Assembly: GCA_028710695.1 (NCBI GenBank)
Contig: JAQTTP010000003.1
Span: forward strand, 1-32,000
Source: Candidatus Iainarchaeum sp.
Lineage (GTDB): Archaea; Iainarchaeota; Iainarchaeia; Iainarchaeales; 0-14-0-20-30-16
DNA: 32,000 nucleotides
Reading direction: 5' to 3'
Shown here: piece by piece, positions 1 through 8,195 of the stretch
Numbering within the stretch: the stretch's first letter is position 1
Layout: every line of letters starts with the position of its first letter
Notes under the pieces: model-generated
Database searches by the model: none
Seen by the model: only the letters and a program-made list of their open reading frames with translations
Told to the model about the DNA's origin: nothing
Translations under genes and position numbers: made by a program

Positions 1-1
1 T

Positions 2-3000
2 AATACTGGATACAATAATGCGGGATATAACACGGGATATGGAAATAATTCAGCATATAACTATCAACCAGGATTAACAGAAGATTATTATTCAAACATG
101 GGCAATTATGTTAACCCTAATTCAAGCATCTACAACAGCCCATCTTATGGAAGTTATACTTCTGGCGGAAGTGCAATTAACTTTATGCCATCAACAATAC
201 AAGTTCTAGCTCCTGGACAGGCAACAATGCTTCAAGGATATATTAATACTCCATCAACATCAAAGCAAACAGAACAATATTATGGAATACAAGCAAGAGG
301 AACAATACAAGGAATTAACCAACAAATATCTGCAAATGGATACCTTGTGATACATGTTTCTCCAGATAAGTGTATTACTCTAAAACAGAAACAAGATAAG
401 TTGACTTACATAAGCGAAACTTTAGGAAAAGAAATTGCAAGATCTTTCACATTAGTGAATAATTGTGCAGAGGCAGTATCAATAACTGGGACAAGCGAAA
501 CAGAATTATTTGGAAACAAAGTAGTTTTATCTGCACCAAATGGAACTACAATTGAATTGGGACAAGAAAAAGAATTTATTTTAACAGTAACTGCAAGCAA
601 AGAAATTTCAAGAGACAACACAGTATTTGTTAAAGGTATTCTTGGTGTAAGCCAAAGCCCATTTAATATTTCATTATTAGTTAATTTGAGATTTGGTGGT
701 GGTGCATTAACTGGAACTGGTGAAGCAACAGTAACAGATCAGAAACAATTGAAAGATTGTGTTACTGGAAATGAAACATCAGTATTCTATCCAAGAATCA
801 CAACTGCTGATTGTTCTACAATGGGTTATTGTGACAGTGAATCAATGTCAAAATATTTGATTGCAAAAATAAAATATTATTTAGAAGTGTATAATAAAAA
901 ATTGACAACAATAAATAACAAATTACAAAATACAAATTGTGAAGTTGGGTCTACTTCCTGTTCATTTGAAGACTTTGGTTTAGAGCCATTAGAATTAGAA
1001 GTTTATTTTTCAAATGATAAATTAACACAAGCTCAGATGGATAACGACTTAAAGAAAATTAATATTGGTCTAATACAAACAGCAATAACTGATGGCGTAG
1101 AATTAACAGAAGTAACATCTACCTGGACGAAAAAATTGTATTTAGATAAGCAACTTGAGGGTTGTGGAAAATATAGTTTAAAAATTACTGGTGCTGTGCA
1201 AGTAATTAATAATGATATAATACAAAAAGACAGTTACAACATGTATGTTCAAGTTTTGAAAAAAGAAAAAACATCTCAATGTGAATTGAAAGTTCAAAAC
1301 GCTTTGAATTATTTGCCAAAAGATACACAAACAAAAAAAGACAATGCATTTGGTTTAAGGCCAGGATACATTGATTATGAAACAACAGATTTAGAGTCAA
1401 TTGGTCAAGAAGTTTCGAAGCATGTATTTAATCAAGATAGATTTTTGAAATCAAGACCTAATACATTATTCTTGAAAAGAGATTCTGTTGCGGAAGGAAA
1501 TTTAGTTGAATTTGAAATAGCACAAAAAGGAACTGATGTAATAACTACTGTAAAGATAAATAAAAATTTGGATATTGGAAATGAAGCCATAGAAAAAGAT
1601 GTTGTAAAAGCAATAACTGGTTTCTTAAATGGAAACTTTGATGGTTGTATTGTAAATACTGGTGAAGGAGTTCCAAACTCCGCAAAAGTAAAATCTGGGA
1701 CTGGCGGTTTAAGTGGAAAAACTAAAGTACCTGGCGAAAAAGAAATTTATGCCGGAGACATAAAATTAGGTGTTTGTAGTAAATTGCCTTTAGGAAAAGG
1801 AACCTGGAAATGTGATATTACAGTTGAATCACAATCTTTGGGAGAAGTAGATTTGTTCTTAACATATCCTGAAGACACTGGCTTGGAAGCATACTTTGAT
1901 TCTAAAGGCGAAAAAACAAAGACACTACAACTAACAAAAGAAGGAAATAAAAGTATTGGAAAAGCAAAAATAAATGTCGAAATTACTGACGCATTCAAAG
2001 TTAATTCTGGTGCAAACAGTGATAGTTCAGGATTATTTTATTATGCGGAAAGAGAAGGAATAAAGACAGAACCAATAAGAATTGCATTTGATGCAGAATG
2101 TGGAATAACTGCACAAACATTTGTGAATGCATTAATGGTTGATATTGGAAAAAATGAAAAAGATTTCAAAGAGTACGCCTTGATTTATGAAAAAGGTGTT
2201 GAGAGTAGAGATACCTGTGAAATCTTTACTGCCTTTGTAAAAGAGGGTTCTCAGTTAGGAGATAAAAGTATTTTTAATGTGGATTTTAAAGGATCAAAGA
2301 AATATGCGACTATAAACTATCCTGATTGTCCATTACAGCAAAAAAGTGTTGTTGCCGCATTGACAAGTAATGCAACAGACCCAACAAAGCTTGGGGCTGC
2401 AACTGCTGCAGGAATGACTGCTTGTATGGTTACAGAAAAATGGATACTGAAATTTTTAGGTCCAATTGGATGGGCTGGAGCAGCATTAGATTGTGGAATA
2501 TTTATGGGTATTAATGTTGGAACAGAATACTATAAAGCCCACAGAATAAATGCAGAAGCAGGAATATCTGAAAAGAATTGGACAGATTCAGTTCATGATG
2601 GATTAGCATCTGTGCCGATTTTGGGAACAATTTTGGGTCTAGAAGATTATTCTAATATAGATGATGAAATTGCACAGATGAAAGAAGAGCAATCATTTGT
2701 TGAAGCTGGAAAAGAAGGGGTATGGGACCAGAAAGAAGAGCAAGGATTGGCAGCAGTGTTGCTTTCATTGAGAAAAGCAAAATCAACTGTTAAACCCGAA
2801 GAAACAACAGTTCCAGAGCCAGAGACTCCAACTACTACTGAGCCTCCGACAACAACAGAACCTCCAACAACAGAGGAGCCACCTGTAGAACCAGAAGAGC
2901 CAGCACCAACAGAAGAACCTCCAAAGGCAACATTTGATCAAGCTAGTTTGGATCAAGCAAATGCGGATCTTGCTACTGCAAAAACAGAATTGGATTCTGC

Positions 3001-5923
3001 ACAAACTGTGGCAGCAGATGCAAAGAATAAAGTTGATTTGAAATCAGGAGAATTGGAGGCAGCAAATAAAAGCGTGGCTGATGCAGAAACAATATATTCT
3101 GATGCAAAAGATAAAACAAAGATAATACAAGCAGAATTGGATGATATTGAAAATGCTTTAAAAAATAATCCTGATTTAGTAAAGAAAAGAAACATTACTG
3201 AAATATTTGAAGAAAGTATGGGCAAGTCCGAGGTCTCTTTGCAAGGTGCAAAAGAAAGATTAGCTGTTACTGTTGCAGAAGAACAAGCAATGTTATCTAA
3301 AATTGATATTCTTGAAAAACAATTAGCGACCGTGACACAATTTGCTCCTGAAGAAATGATTAATGTACAGAATCAAATTGATTGGGCAAAAACACAACAA
3401 CAACTTATTGCAAATCTTAGAGAGACAAGAGAGGGCGTAGTAAAAACTATACAATCTAGTTACGATTCTGCAAAGATAAGTTACGAATCCGCACTAGCAG
3501 ACGAAAAAACCTTATTTGAGTCTTTGAAAAACACAGAAGGACAAAAAATAATTGATAAGCTAACAGTTGCACAAACTGCAGAAGCAGATGCCTTGAAAGT
3601 AGTTGAAACTGCCCAACAGGGTGTGGCTAATGCAGATGACAGTTTAAAAGCAGCAAAAACAGCTCAGAGTACTGCAGATAAAGCAGTAAAAGTTGCTGAA
3701 TCAAAAGTTAAAGTTGCTGAAACTAAAGTAAAGAATCTTGAAATGGCAAAGAACTTAATTGAACACCCAGGATTAACTAATGAAAGATTGAATACTTTAA
3801 CACAAGAGTTAGATGAAATGGATTCCCTTGCAAAAGAGGGAAGAAAGTATGCAAAGGGCACTGAACAAAGAGCAGCATATGCTGCAGAAATAGATGCAAA
3901 AGCCCAGAAGATACATACCTTGTATACTGAATTAGAACCTGAGCTTAAGAACCTTTCAAAGGCTGGTGGAAAGAAACAAGGAAAAGCAGTAATTGCAGCC
4001 TACAAAAAGTTGGGTTTAGAAGGAGCAGGTAAAGAATCTGGCCTAATATTTAAGAGTAGTTTTGGAGAAAAAATAATTGCAAATGAAAGTTTAACAAGTG
4101 AAATAGGAAATGTTAAAGCCGCAGTTAAAGCAAAAATCAGTCCAACACCAATAACTCCTGCGAAAGCAACAATAGATAAAGCAAAATTAGGACAAACTGG
4201 AAAAACAAATGTACCTGACAAGGTGAAAACTACTAAGCCTGCAAAAGCAAAAACACCTTCAAAGCTTAAAACAACTATAAAATCCGGTGCATCAAGAACA
4301 TGGAATTTTATGAAAGGTTTGGGTCAGAGCATTGGTGGTGGTGCAGCAGGAACATTTGCATTCTATGGGATGTTGGACTGGATGCTTGAAACTTCAAAGC
4401 TTCAGATGGTTGTAATAAATGTTGATGCTCCAAAGCAGTTGTATAACTCAACAGGATACACTGGTGCAGTAACCCCATATCTAAATGATGCAAGAACATT
4501 GAAAATATACGAAGGATCTGATGGAAATCAAATTGATAATTGTGGATCATATGGAATCCAAACTGGATTCAAAGAAGCATCAGGAAAGCTTGGCGAAGGA
4601 AGTAAAGAAGATACAAATGTTGGAAAAGGTACAACTGGCGGAGCAGGATTTAGTTCTGAACCAACAGATTATGATGCTTGGATTATAGAAGCAGCAAATA
4701 ATGCAAATAAGAAGGGCGGAATACCTTTAGAACCAGAATTCTTTAAAGCAATTTTAAAATACGAATCAGGATCTGAATTTAGCCCAAATGTAATTTCTAG
4801 TACTGGCTGTTCTGGACTTGGGCAGATTTGTATGAGTAGTGCAATTCAAGAATTTATAAAAGTGCAGTGTAAGCAAAATAAATCTGATGGTCCAAAGAAA
4901 TGTGATACTACTACTTGTAAGGATAGCGACGATTATATTTGGTGTGAGCCTTGTGCTGATGACGGACCAAATTGTGTTCAAGATGACAGATTTGATCCTT
5001 ATAAAAATTTGATGAGCTCAGCAATAACTGTAAAAGGAAAAATAGATTCTGTTGGAGATTGTGGAACTGATAGAATTATGGCTTGGGCAGCAGCATATAA
5101 TATGGGTCAGAAGTGGGTTAAATTAGCTATAGCAAAGAATGGCGGAAATTGTAATGATTGGCCAAATGAAACTTGGTTTAAATTAAAAGAAGTTTCTGAT
5201 GAAAGTAATGGTGAACTTACTGCAGCAAAAATTGCAAACAAAAAAGGAGACTTTACAAATACTTCCAGCGATTATGTTGCAAAAATTAATAATCAATATC
5301 TTGCTTACAAAGGAAGCGGAATAGGATCTGGAGATACCCAAACAGCAAATAATTCTGCAGAAAATAAACCAATAGAAACTTGTGATCAGATTATGTTAGT
5401 TGGAGATTCTTTAACTGAGGGTTATTCGGAAGAGTTTGAAGATAGTTGTCCCGGGGTAGAAGTCTGTGCGGAAAGTGGAAAAAGCACAACTTGGATGGCA
5501 GAGAATTGTTTTACTAACGAAAAATTAGCAAATAAAAAATATGTTGTAATTATGGGTGGAGTTAATAATATTGATACTCCTGATAAAGTTAAATCAGATT
5601 TAGCAAAAATGTATTCCATAGCAAACCAAAAAGGAATTAAAATTTTAGCATTGACAATAATGCCTTGGAAAGGATCAAGTGGCTGGACAGAAGCAGAACA
5701 ACAATATACAGAAAATGTAAATGAGTGGATAAAATCTGCACAGATAAATGGACAAGTTTTGGACACCTATGCTTTGTTTAATGATGGCTCTGATGAATTG
5801 AACGAAAATTACTCAACAAGCGGAAAATTACATTTAAATGAACAGGGGTATGCTGTGCTTTCATCTCAAGTAAGTGGTGCACTTGTTGGTCTTGGAGCTG
5901 AAGGGCAAACACAACCTGCATAA
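2..5923 (+). CDS. Giant multidomain surface/membrane protein, 5'-partial. Order: N/G/Y-rich low complexity, Cys-rich extracellular region, hydrophobic segments, PT linker, roughly 350-aa coiled coil, K/P/T-rich basic stretch, SLT lytic transglycosylase domain, SGNH/GDSL hydrolase domain
   Basis: The frame is open from nt 2 with no stop before the first ATG at 98, so the true start lies upstream of the window. NTGYNNAGYNTGYGNN repeats at nt 2-97. Hydrophobic segments LGAATAAGMTACMV...GWAGAALDCGIFMGINVG (about 2390-2525) and GGGAAGTFAFYGMLDWML (about 4317-4390). A/K/E/Q/L-rich heptad-like region about 2933-3960. SLT and SGNH motifs are listed as sub-features. Stop TAA at 5921-5923. Confidence 0.9.
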   Translation, partial: NTGYNNAGYNTGYGNNSAYNYQPGLTEDYYSNMGNYVNPNSSIYNSPSYGSYTSGGSAINFMPSTIQVLAPGQATMLQGYINTPSTSKQTEQYYGIQARGTIQGINQQISANGYLVIHVSPDKCITLKQKQDKLTYISETLGKEIARSFTLVNNCAEAVSITGTSETELFGNKVVLSAPNGTTIELGQEKEFILTVTASKEISRDNTVFVKGILGVSQSPFNISLLVNLRFGGGALTGTGEATVTDQKQLKDCVTGNETSVFYPRITTADCSTMGYCDSESMSKYLIAKIKYYLEVYNKKLTTINNKLQNTNCEVGSTSCSFEDFGLEPLELEVYFSNDKLTQAQMDNDLKKINIGLIQTAITDGVELTEVTSTWTKKLYLDKQLEGCGKYSLKITGAVQVINNDIIQKDSYNMYVQVLKKEKTSQCELKVQNALNYLPKDTQTKKDNAFGLRPGYIDYETTDLESIGQEVSKHVFNQDRFLKSRPNTLFLKRDSVAEGNLVEFEIAQKGTDVITTVKINKNLDIGNEAIEKDVVKAITGFLNGNFDGCIVNTGEGVPNSAKVKSGTGGLSGKTKVPGEKEIYAGDIKLGVCSKLPLGKGTWKCDITVESQSLGEVDLFLTYPEDTGLEAYFDSKGEKTKTLQLTKEGNKSIGKAKINVEITDAFKVNSGANSDSSGLFYYAEREGIKTEPIRIAFDAECGITAQTFVNALMVDIGKNEKDFKEYALIYEKGVESRDTCEIFTAFVKEGSQLGDKSIFNVDFKGSKKYATINYPDCPLQQKSVVAALTSNATDPTKLGAATAAGMTACMVTEKWILKFLGPIGWAGAALDCGIFMGINVGTEYYKAHRINAEAGISEKNWTDSVHDGLASVPILGTILGLEDYSNIDDEIAQMKEEQSFVEAGKEGVWDQKEEQGLAAVLLSLRKAKSTVKPEETTVPEPETPTTTEPPTTTEPPTTEEPPVEPEEPAPTEEPPKATFDQASLDQANADLATAKTELDSAQTVAADAKNKVDLKSGELEAANKSVADAETIYSDAKDKTKIIQAELDDIENALKNNPDLVKKRNITEIFEESMGKSEVSLQGAKERLAVTVAEEQAMLSKIDILEKQLATVTQFAPEEMINVQNQIDWAKTQQQLIANLRETREGVVKTIQSSYDSAKISYESALADEKTLFESLKNTEGQKIIDKLTVAQTAEADALKVVETAQQGVANADDSLKAAKTAQSTADKAVKVAESKVKVAETKVKNLEMAKNLIEHPGLTNERLNTLTQELDEMDSLAKEGRKYAKGTEQRAAYAAEIDAKAQKIHTLYTELEPELKNLSKAGGKKQGKAVIAAYKKLGLEGAGKESGLIFKSSFGEKIIANESLTSEIGNVKAAVKAKISPTPITPAKATIDKAKLGQTGKTNVPDKVKTTKPAKAKTPSKLKTTIKSGASRTWNFMKGLGQSIGGGAAGTFAFYGMLDWMLETSKLQMVVINVDAPKQLYNSTGYTGAVTPYLNDARTLKIYEGSDGNQIDNCGSYGIQTGFKEASGKLGEGSKEDTNVGKGTTGGAGFSSEPTDYDAWIIEAANNANKKGGIPLEPEFFKAILKYESGSEFSPNVISSTGCSGLGQICMSSAIQEFIKVQCKQNKSDGPKKCDTTTCKDSDDYIWCEPCADDGPNCVQDDRFDPYKNLMSSAITVKGKIDSVGDCGTDRIMAWAAAYNMGQKWVKLAIAKNGGNCNDWPNETWFKLKEVSDESNGELTAAKIANKKGDFTNTSSDYVAKINNQYLAYKGSGIGSGDTQTANNSAENKPIETCDQIMLVGDSLTEGYSEEFEDSCPGVEVCAESGKSTTWMAENCFTNEKLANKKYVVIMGGVNNIDTPDKVKSDLAKMYSIANQKGIKILALTIMPWKGSSGWTEAEQQYTENVNEWIKSAQINGQVLDTYALFNDGSDELNENYSTSGKLHLNEQGYAVLSSQVSGALVGLGAEGQTQPA
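2793..2932 (+). repeat. Pro/Thr/Glu-rich linker with imperfect tandem TTEPP-type repeats inside the giant CDS
   Basis: Translation is KPEETTVPEPETPTTTEPPTTTEPPTTEEPPVEPEEPAPTEEPPKA. The DNA shows reiterated ac(t/a)ac(t/a)gagcc(t/a)cc units around 2826-2885. Confidence 0.8.
4658..5140 (+). other. Domain: SLT (family-1 soluble lytic transglycosylase / goose-lysozyme-like) with a Cys-rich insertion
   Basis: The three SLT signature motifs occur in order: KYESGSEF (catalytic Glu codon 4763-4765), GLGQI (variant of GLMQ), and AAAYNMGQ (AYNxG, 5093-5107). A Cys-rich insert KVQCKQNKSDGPKKCDTTTCKDSDDYIWCEPCADDGPNC lies between motifs 2 and 3. Confidence 0.8.
5381..5870 (+). other. Domain: SGNH/GDSL hydrolase (esterase/deacetylase-type)
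   Basis: Block I is LVGDSLTEGY (GDS at 5402-5410, Ser 5408-5410). Block III-like is VVIMGGVNNI. Block V-like is GKLHLNEQGY (His codon 5831-5833). The usual Asp three residues before this His is not present. Confidence 0.75.
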
Positions 5924-5955
5924 AAGGTTTAAACAAATATTGTGAGGGGCATTAT

Positions 5956-6435
5956 ATGGGTTCATTTTTCAGAAGATCTAAACATATTCTATCTCCTCGT
6001 GAAAGAGTAAGAGTAATAGCGCAAAATCATTTTAGAGACCAAAACTATTTTCACCATTTGGCGGAAATTGCAAGAAGAAGACAATTAATAGACGAAAAAC
6101 ATACAAAAGCCATAGATGAATTACAAAGAACTGAAAAACCAGCAAATAGGGCAGAAATGTCTACAAAAATAAGGCAAATTTTAATTCTACAAAACGAAAA
6201 ACTAATTGAACTGGTCCTTAATATGGCGGGAATTAGCAGAAAAAGAGAAATAATAGAAACCTGGAAAGAACTTGGCAGAGATTATTCTCCGAGGCCGTTA
6301 CATGACGCAAAGATAAACTTATTAATAAAAAGATTGCAAGAAAAAAAATTATTAACAGAACAAGGTGGGCAAAGAATTCGTTTGGCTTTTGAAGATTTTA
6401 AAAAAGCCGAAAAGCTTTGGCAGATAACTTTTTAG
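5956..6435 (+). CDS. Hypothetical basic, helical protein (159 aa)
   Basis: ATG at 5956 preceded by gtgagggg (SD-like). R/K/E/Q-rich sequence with no motif I recognise. It sits tightly between the giant gene and the PLP enzyme gene. Confidence 0.6.
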   Translation: MGSFFRRSKHILSPRERVRVIAQNHFRDQNYFHHLAEIARRRQLIDEKHTKAIDELQRTEKPANRAEMSTKIRQILILQNEKLIELVLNMAGISRKREIIETWKELGRDYSPRPLHDAKINLLIKRLQEKKLLTEQGGQRIRLAFEDFKKAEKLWQITF

Positions 6436-6445
6436 AGTGATAATT

Positions 6446-7744
6446 ATGGCAGATAAAAGTGGAAACAAAATTACTTATTTTAAACCTATAAATGGAAAGC
6501 CAAGAACTGCTTTTGAGGATGGGTCTTGGAAAAATCCTAAACAAGAAGGGCCACTTGGAAAAATAAGGTGGAATAATTGGACACAAGGAACTATGGCAGT
6601 ACATGCTGGTGCTTTAAGGGGCGAAACAGGACCACATGTTTTTGTTCCAATGTATACTGGGACTACTTGTCCTGCGCTTACTTGTGGTGAACTTGCAAAA
6701 AGGTTTGCTAATGCTGGCGTAGACGGAAAAATGGGAAAAATTTATGCTAGATTTGGAACACAATCTGGTTTTGAATTAGAATGTATCTTGGCAGGAATGC
6801 ATGAATGTGGGGATGCCCTAGTTTTTGGAAGTGGGATGGCAGCAATAAGTCAGGTATTTTTATCTTTGGTGGCGGCAGGAGATAATGTTGTTGTGCATAG
6901 AACAATGTATGGTTGTACTGATGGATTGTGTAGCAAAATTTTGCCCGAACTTGGAATAGAAGTGAGATATGTTGATTTAAAAGATCCTAAAGTTCTTGGA
7001 GAAGCAATAGATGAAAGAACAAGAGCAGTTTTTTTTGAAACGCCTGCAAATCCTACATTAGATTTAATAGATATAAAGGCGGTTGTTAAAGAAGTTAAGA
7101 ATCGGTGCCCTGTTGTAGTAGATAACACTTTTGCATCACCCCTTGGTCAAAATCCTTTTGAGCAAGGCGCAAATGTTGTTGTGTACTCTATGACAAAATC
7201 TATAGGCGGACATAGCGATGCTTTGGGCGGAGCAATATTGGGCTCTGGGAAATTTATTGCAAATTTGTATCCCTTGAGAAATGATTTTGGGGGTGTTTTG
7301 CCAGCAAGAGAAGCAGCATCTTTTTTGGTTGGAATAAAAACACTGAAAATACGTTATGAAAAAATGCAAGAAAATGCAAGAGAGCTTGCAAAAATTCTAA
7401 AAAGTAACTCAAAAGTTGAAAAAGTATATTATCCTGAATTTGATAAATCTTATCCTTTGGATGGGCAGATGAAAGGCCCAGGGTATATGATTTCTTTTGT
7501 GCTAAAAGATGGCTTGGGAGCAGGAAAGAAATTTGTTGAGGGTCTTAGGTTAATAACTAATGCTGTAAGCTTGGGTGGAGTAGAATCTTTAGTTTGCCAT
7601 CCAGCAAGTACAACACATTCTGGAGTTAATGCTGAACAGAGAAAGGCCAAAGGTATTGTAGATGGGCTGATAAGATTCTCTGTTGGTTGTGAGGATTTGG
7701 GAGATCTAAAGAAAGACTTGCAAAAAGGGCTTGATTCTATTTGA
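6446..7744 (+). CDS. Cys/Met-metabolism PLP-dependent enzyme (cystathionine gamma-synthase / methionine gamma-lyase / O-acetylhomoserine sulfhydrylase family)
   Basis: PLP-lysine motif VVYSMTKSIGGHSDALGG, plus DNTFASP and GSGMAAI motifs. The ORF track starts at GTG 6437, but aGAGTGATaattATG places the SD at 6435-6441, so ATG 6446 is the likely start. The N-terminal extension of about 45 aa is atypical. Confidence 0.85.
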   Translation: MADKSGNKITYFKPINGKPRTAFEDGSWKNPKQEGPLGKIRWNNWTQGTMAVHAGALRGETGPHVFVPMYTGTTCPALTCGELAKRFANAGVDGKMGKIYARFGTQSGFELECILAGMHECGDALVFGSGMAAISQVFLSLVAAGDNVVVHRTMYGCTDGLCSKILPELGIEVRYVDLKDPKVLGEAIDERTRAVFFETPANPTLDLIDIKAVVKEVKNRCPVVVDNTFASPLGQNPFEQGANVVVYSMTKSIGGHSDALGGAILGSGKFIANLYPLRNDFGGVLPAREAASFLVGIKTLKIRYEKMQENARELAKILKSNSKVEKVYYPEFDKSYPLDGQMKGPGYMISFVLKDGLGAGKKFVEGLRLITNAVSLGGVESLVCHPASTTHSGVNAEQRKAKGIVDGLIRFSVGCEDLGDLKKDLQKGLDSI

Positions 7745-7756
7745 TGGCTAGCAGAG

Positions 7757-7786
7757 AAAAAAAAAGCCCTGTTTTTTTATTTTTTG
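7757..7786 (+). terminator. Oligo-T termination signal / A-run:T-run hairpin after the PLP enzyme gene
   Basis: agaAAAAAAAAAgccctgTTTTTTTaTTTTTT. The A9 and T7 runs can pair around a gccctg loop, and archaeal RNAP terminates on oligo-dT. Confidence 0.45.
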
Positions 7787-7893
7787 CTTACTTTTAGACC
7801 TCAAAATATATATACTTGAAAGGCCATAATTGTATGCCAGTCAACAGTTTCGAACAAAAGGCAAAAAATACTAACCTTTAAAATACTTTTGGG

Positions 7894-7950
7894 CTATTTT
7901 TATAACATAACAAATCTTTTCAATCATTTTTAAAAATTCCTGCCGGGGGT
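7894..7950 (+). promoter_or_regulatory. Candidate promoter and RBS region of the rpo operon
   Basis: Two A/T TATA-like boxes: ctatttttataac (7894-7906) and catttttaaaaatt (7926-7938). SD-like GGGGGT at 7945-7950, 6 nt before TTG 7957. Confidence 0.35.
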
Positions 7951-7956
7951 ATTTCA

Positions 7957-8190
7957 TTGTCAAATAAAGAAATTCTTAACCATAGCTTAGTGCCTAAATT
8001 TGAGATAATGTCTAAAGAAGATATAGAACTATTTCTAAAGGAAAAAGGATTAACAAAAAAAGAACTTCCTATTTTGAAAGAACTTGACCCTGTAGTTCCT
8101 CTCATAAATGCGAAGATAGGGGACGTAGTAAAAATAACTAGAAAGTCTGTATTTGTTGGGACTTATCTATATTATAGGGTTGTGGAGTGA
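7957..8190 (+). CDS. rpoH: DNA-directed RNA polymerase subunit H (Rpo5)
   Basis: HSLVPKFEIMSKEDIELFL...LPILKELDPVV...GDVVKITRKS...YYRVV matches the RpoH/Rpb5 C-terminal signature. TTG start at 7957. The internal ATG at 8008 would delete the conserved HxLVP motif. Confidence 0.9.
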   Translation: MSNKEILNHSLVPKFEIMSKEDIELFLKEKGLTKKELPILKELDPVVPLINAKIGDVVKITRKSVFVGTYLYYRVVE

Positions 8191-8195
8191 TTACA

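Noticed and set aside
2783-3225. Cys/Trp/Leu-rich and Ser/Ala/Phe-rich minus-strand ORFs opposite the PT linker and coiled coil.
   Set aside because: They are the mirror image of repetitive P/T/E and A/K/E codons on the coding strand, and there are no independent signals.
2-5923. Giant protein as a prophage tape-measure protein or part of a conjugative element.
   Set aside because: No phage, integrase or conjugation genes follow it; housekeeping genes do. Upstream sequence is not visible, so this is set aside rather than excluded.
6437-6445. A recurring MIIM / MIFM / MILM N-terminal peptide on many track ORFs, considered as a possible conserved signal.
   Set aside because: It is the translated Shine-Dalgarno (GTGATnnnnATG). 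The real starts are the downstream ATGs.
8008-8190. Internal ATG 8008 as the rpoH start, avoiding a TTG start.
   Set aside because: It would remove the conserved HxLVPxxEI motif, and GGGGGT lies at the proper distance from TTG 7957.
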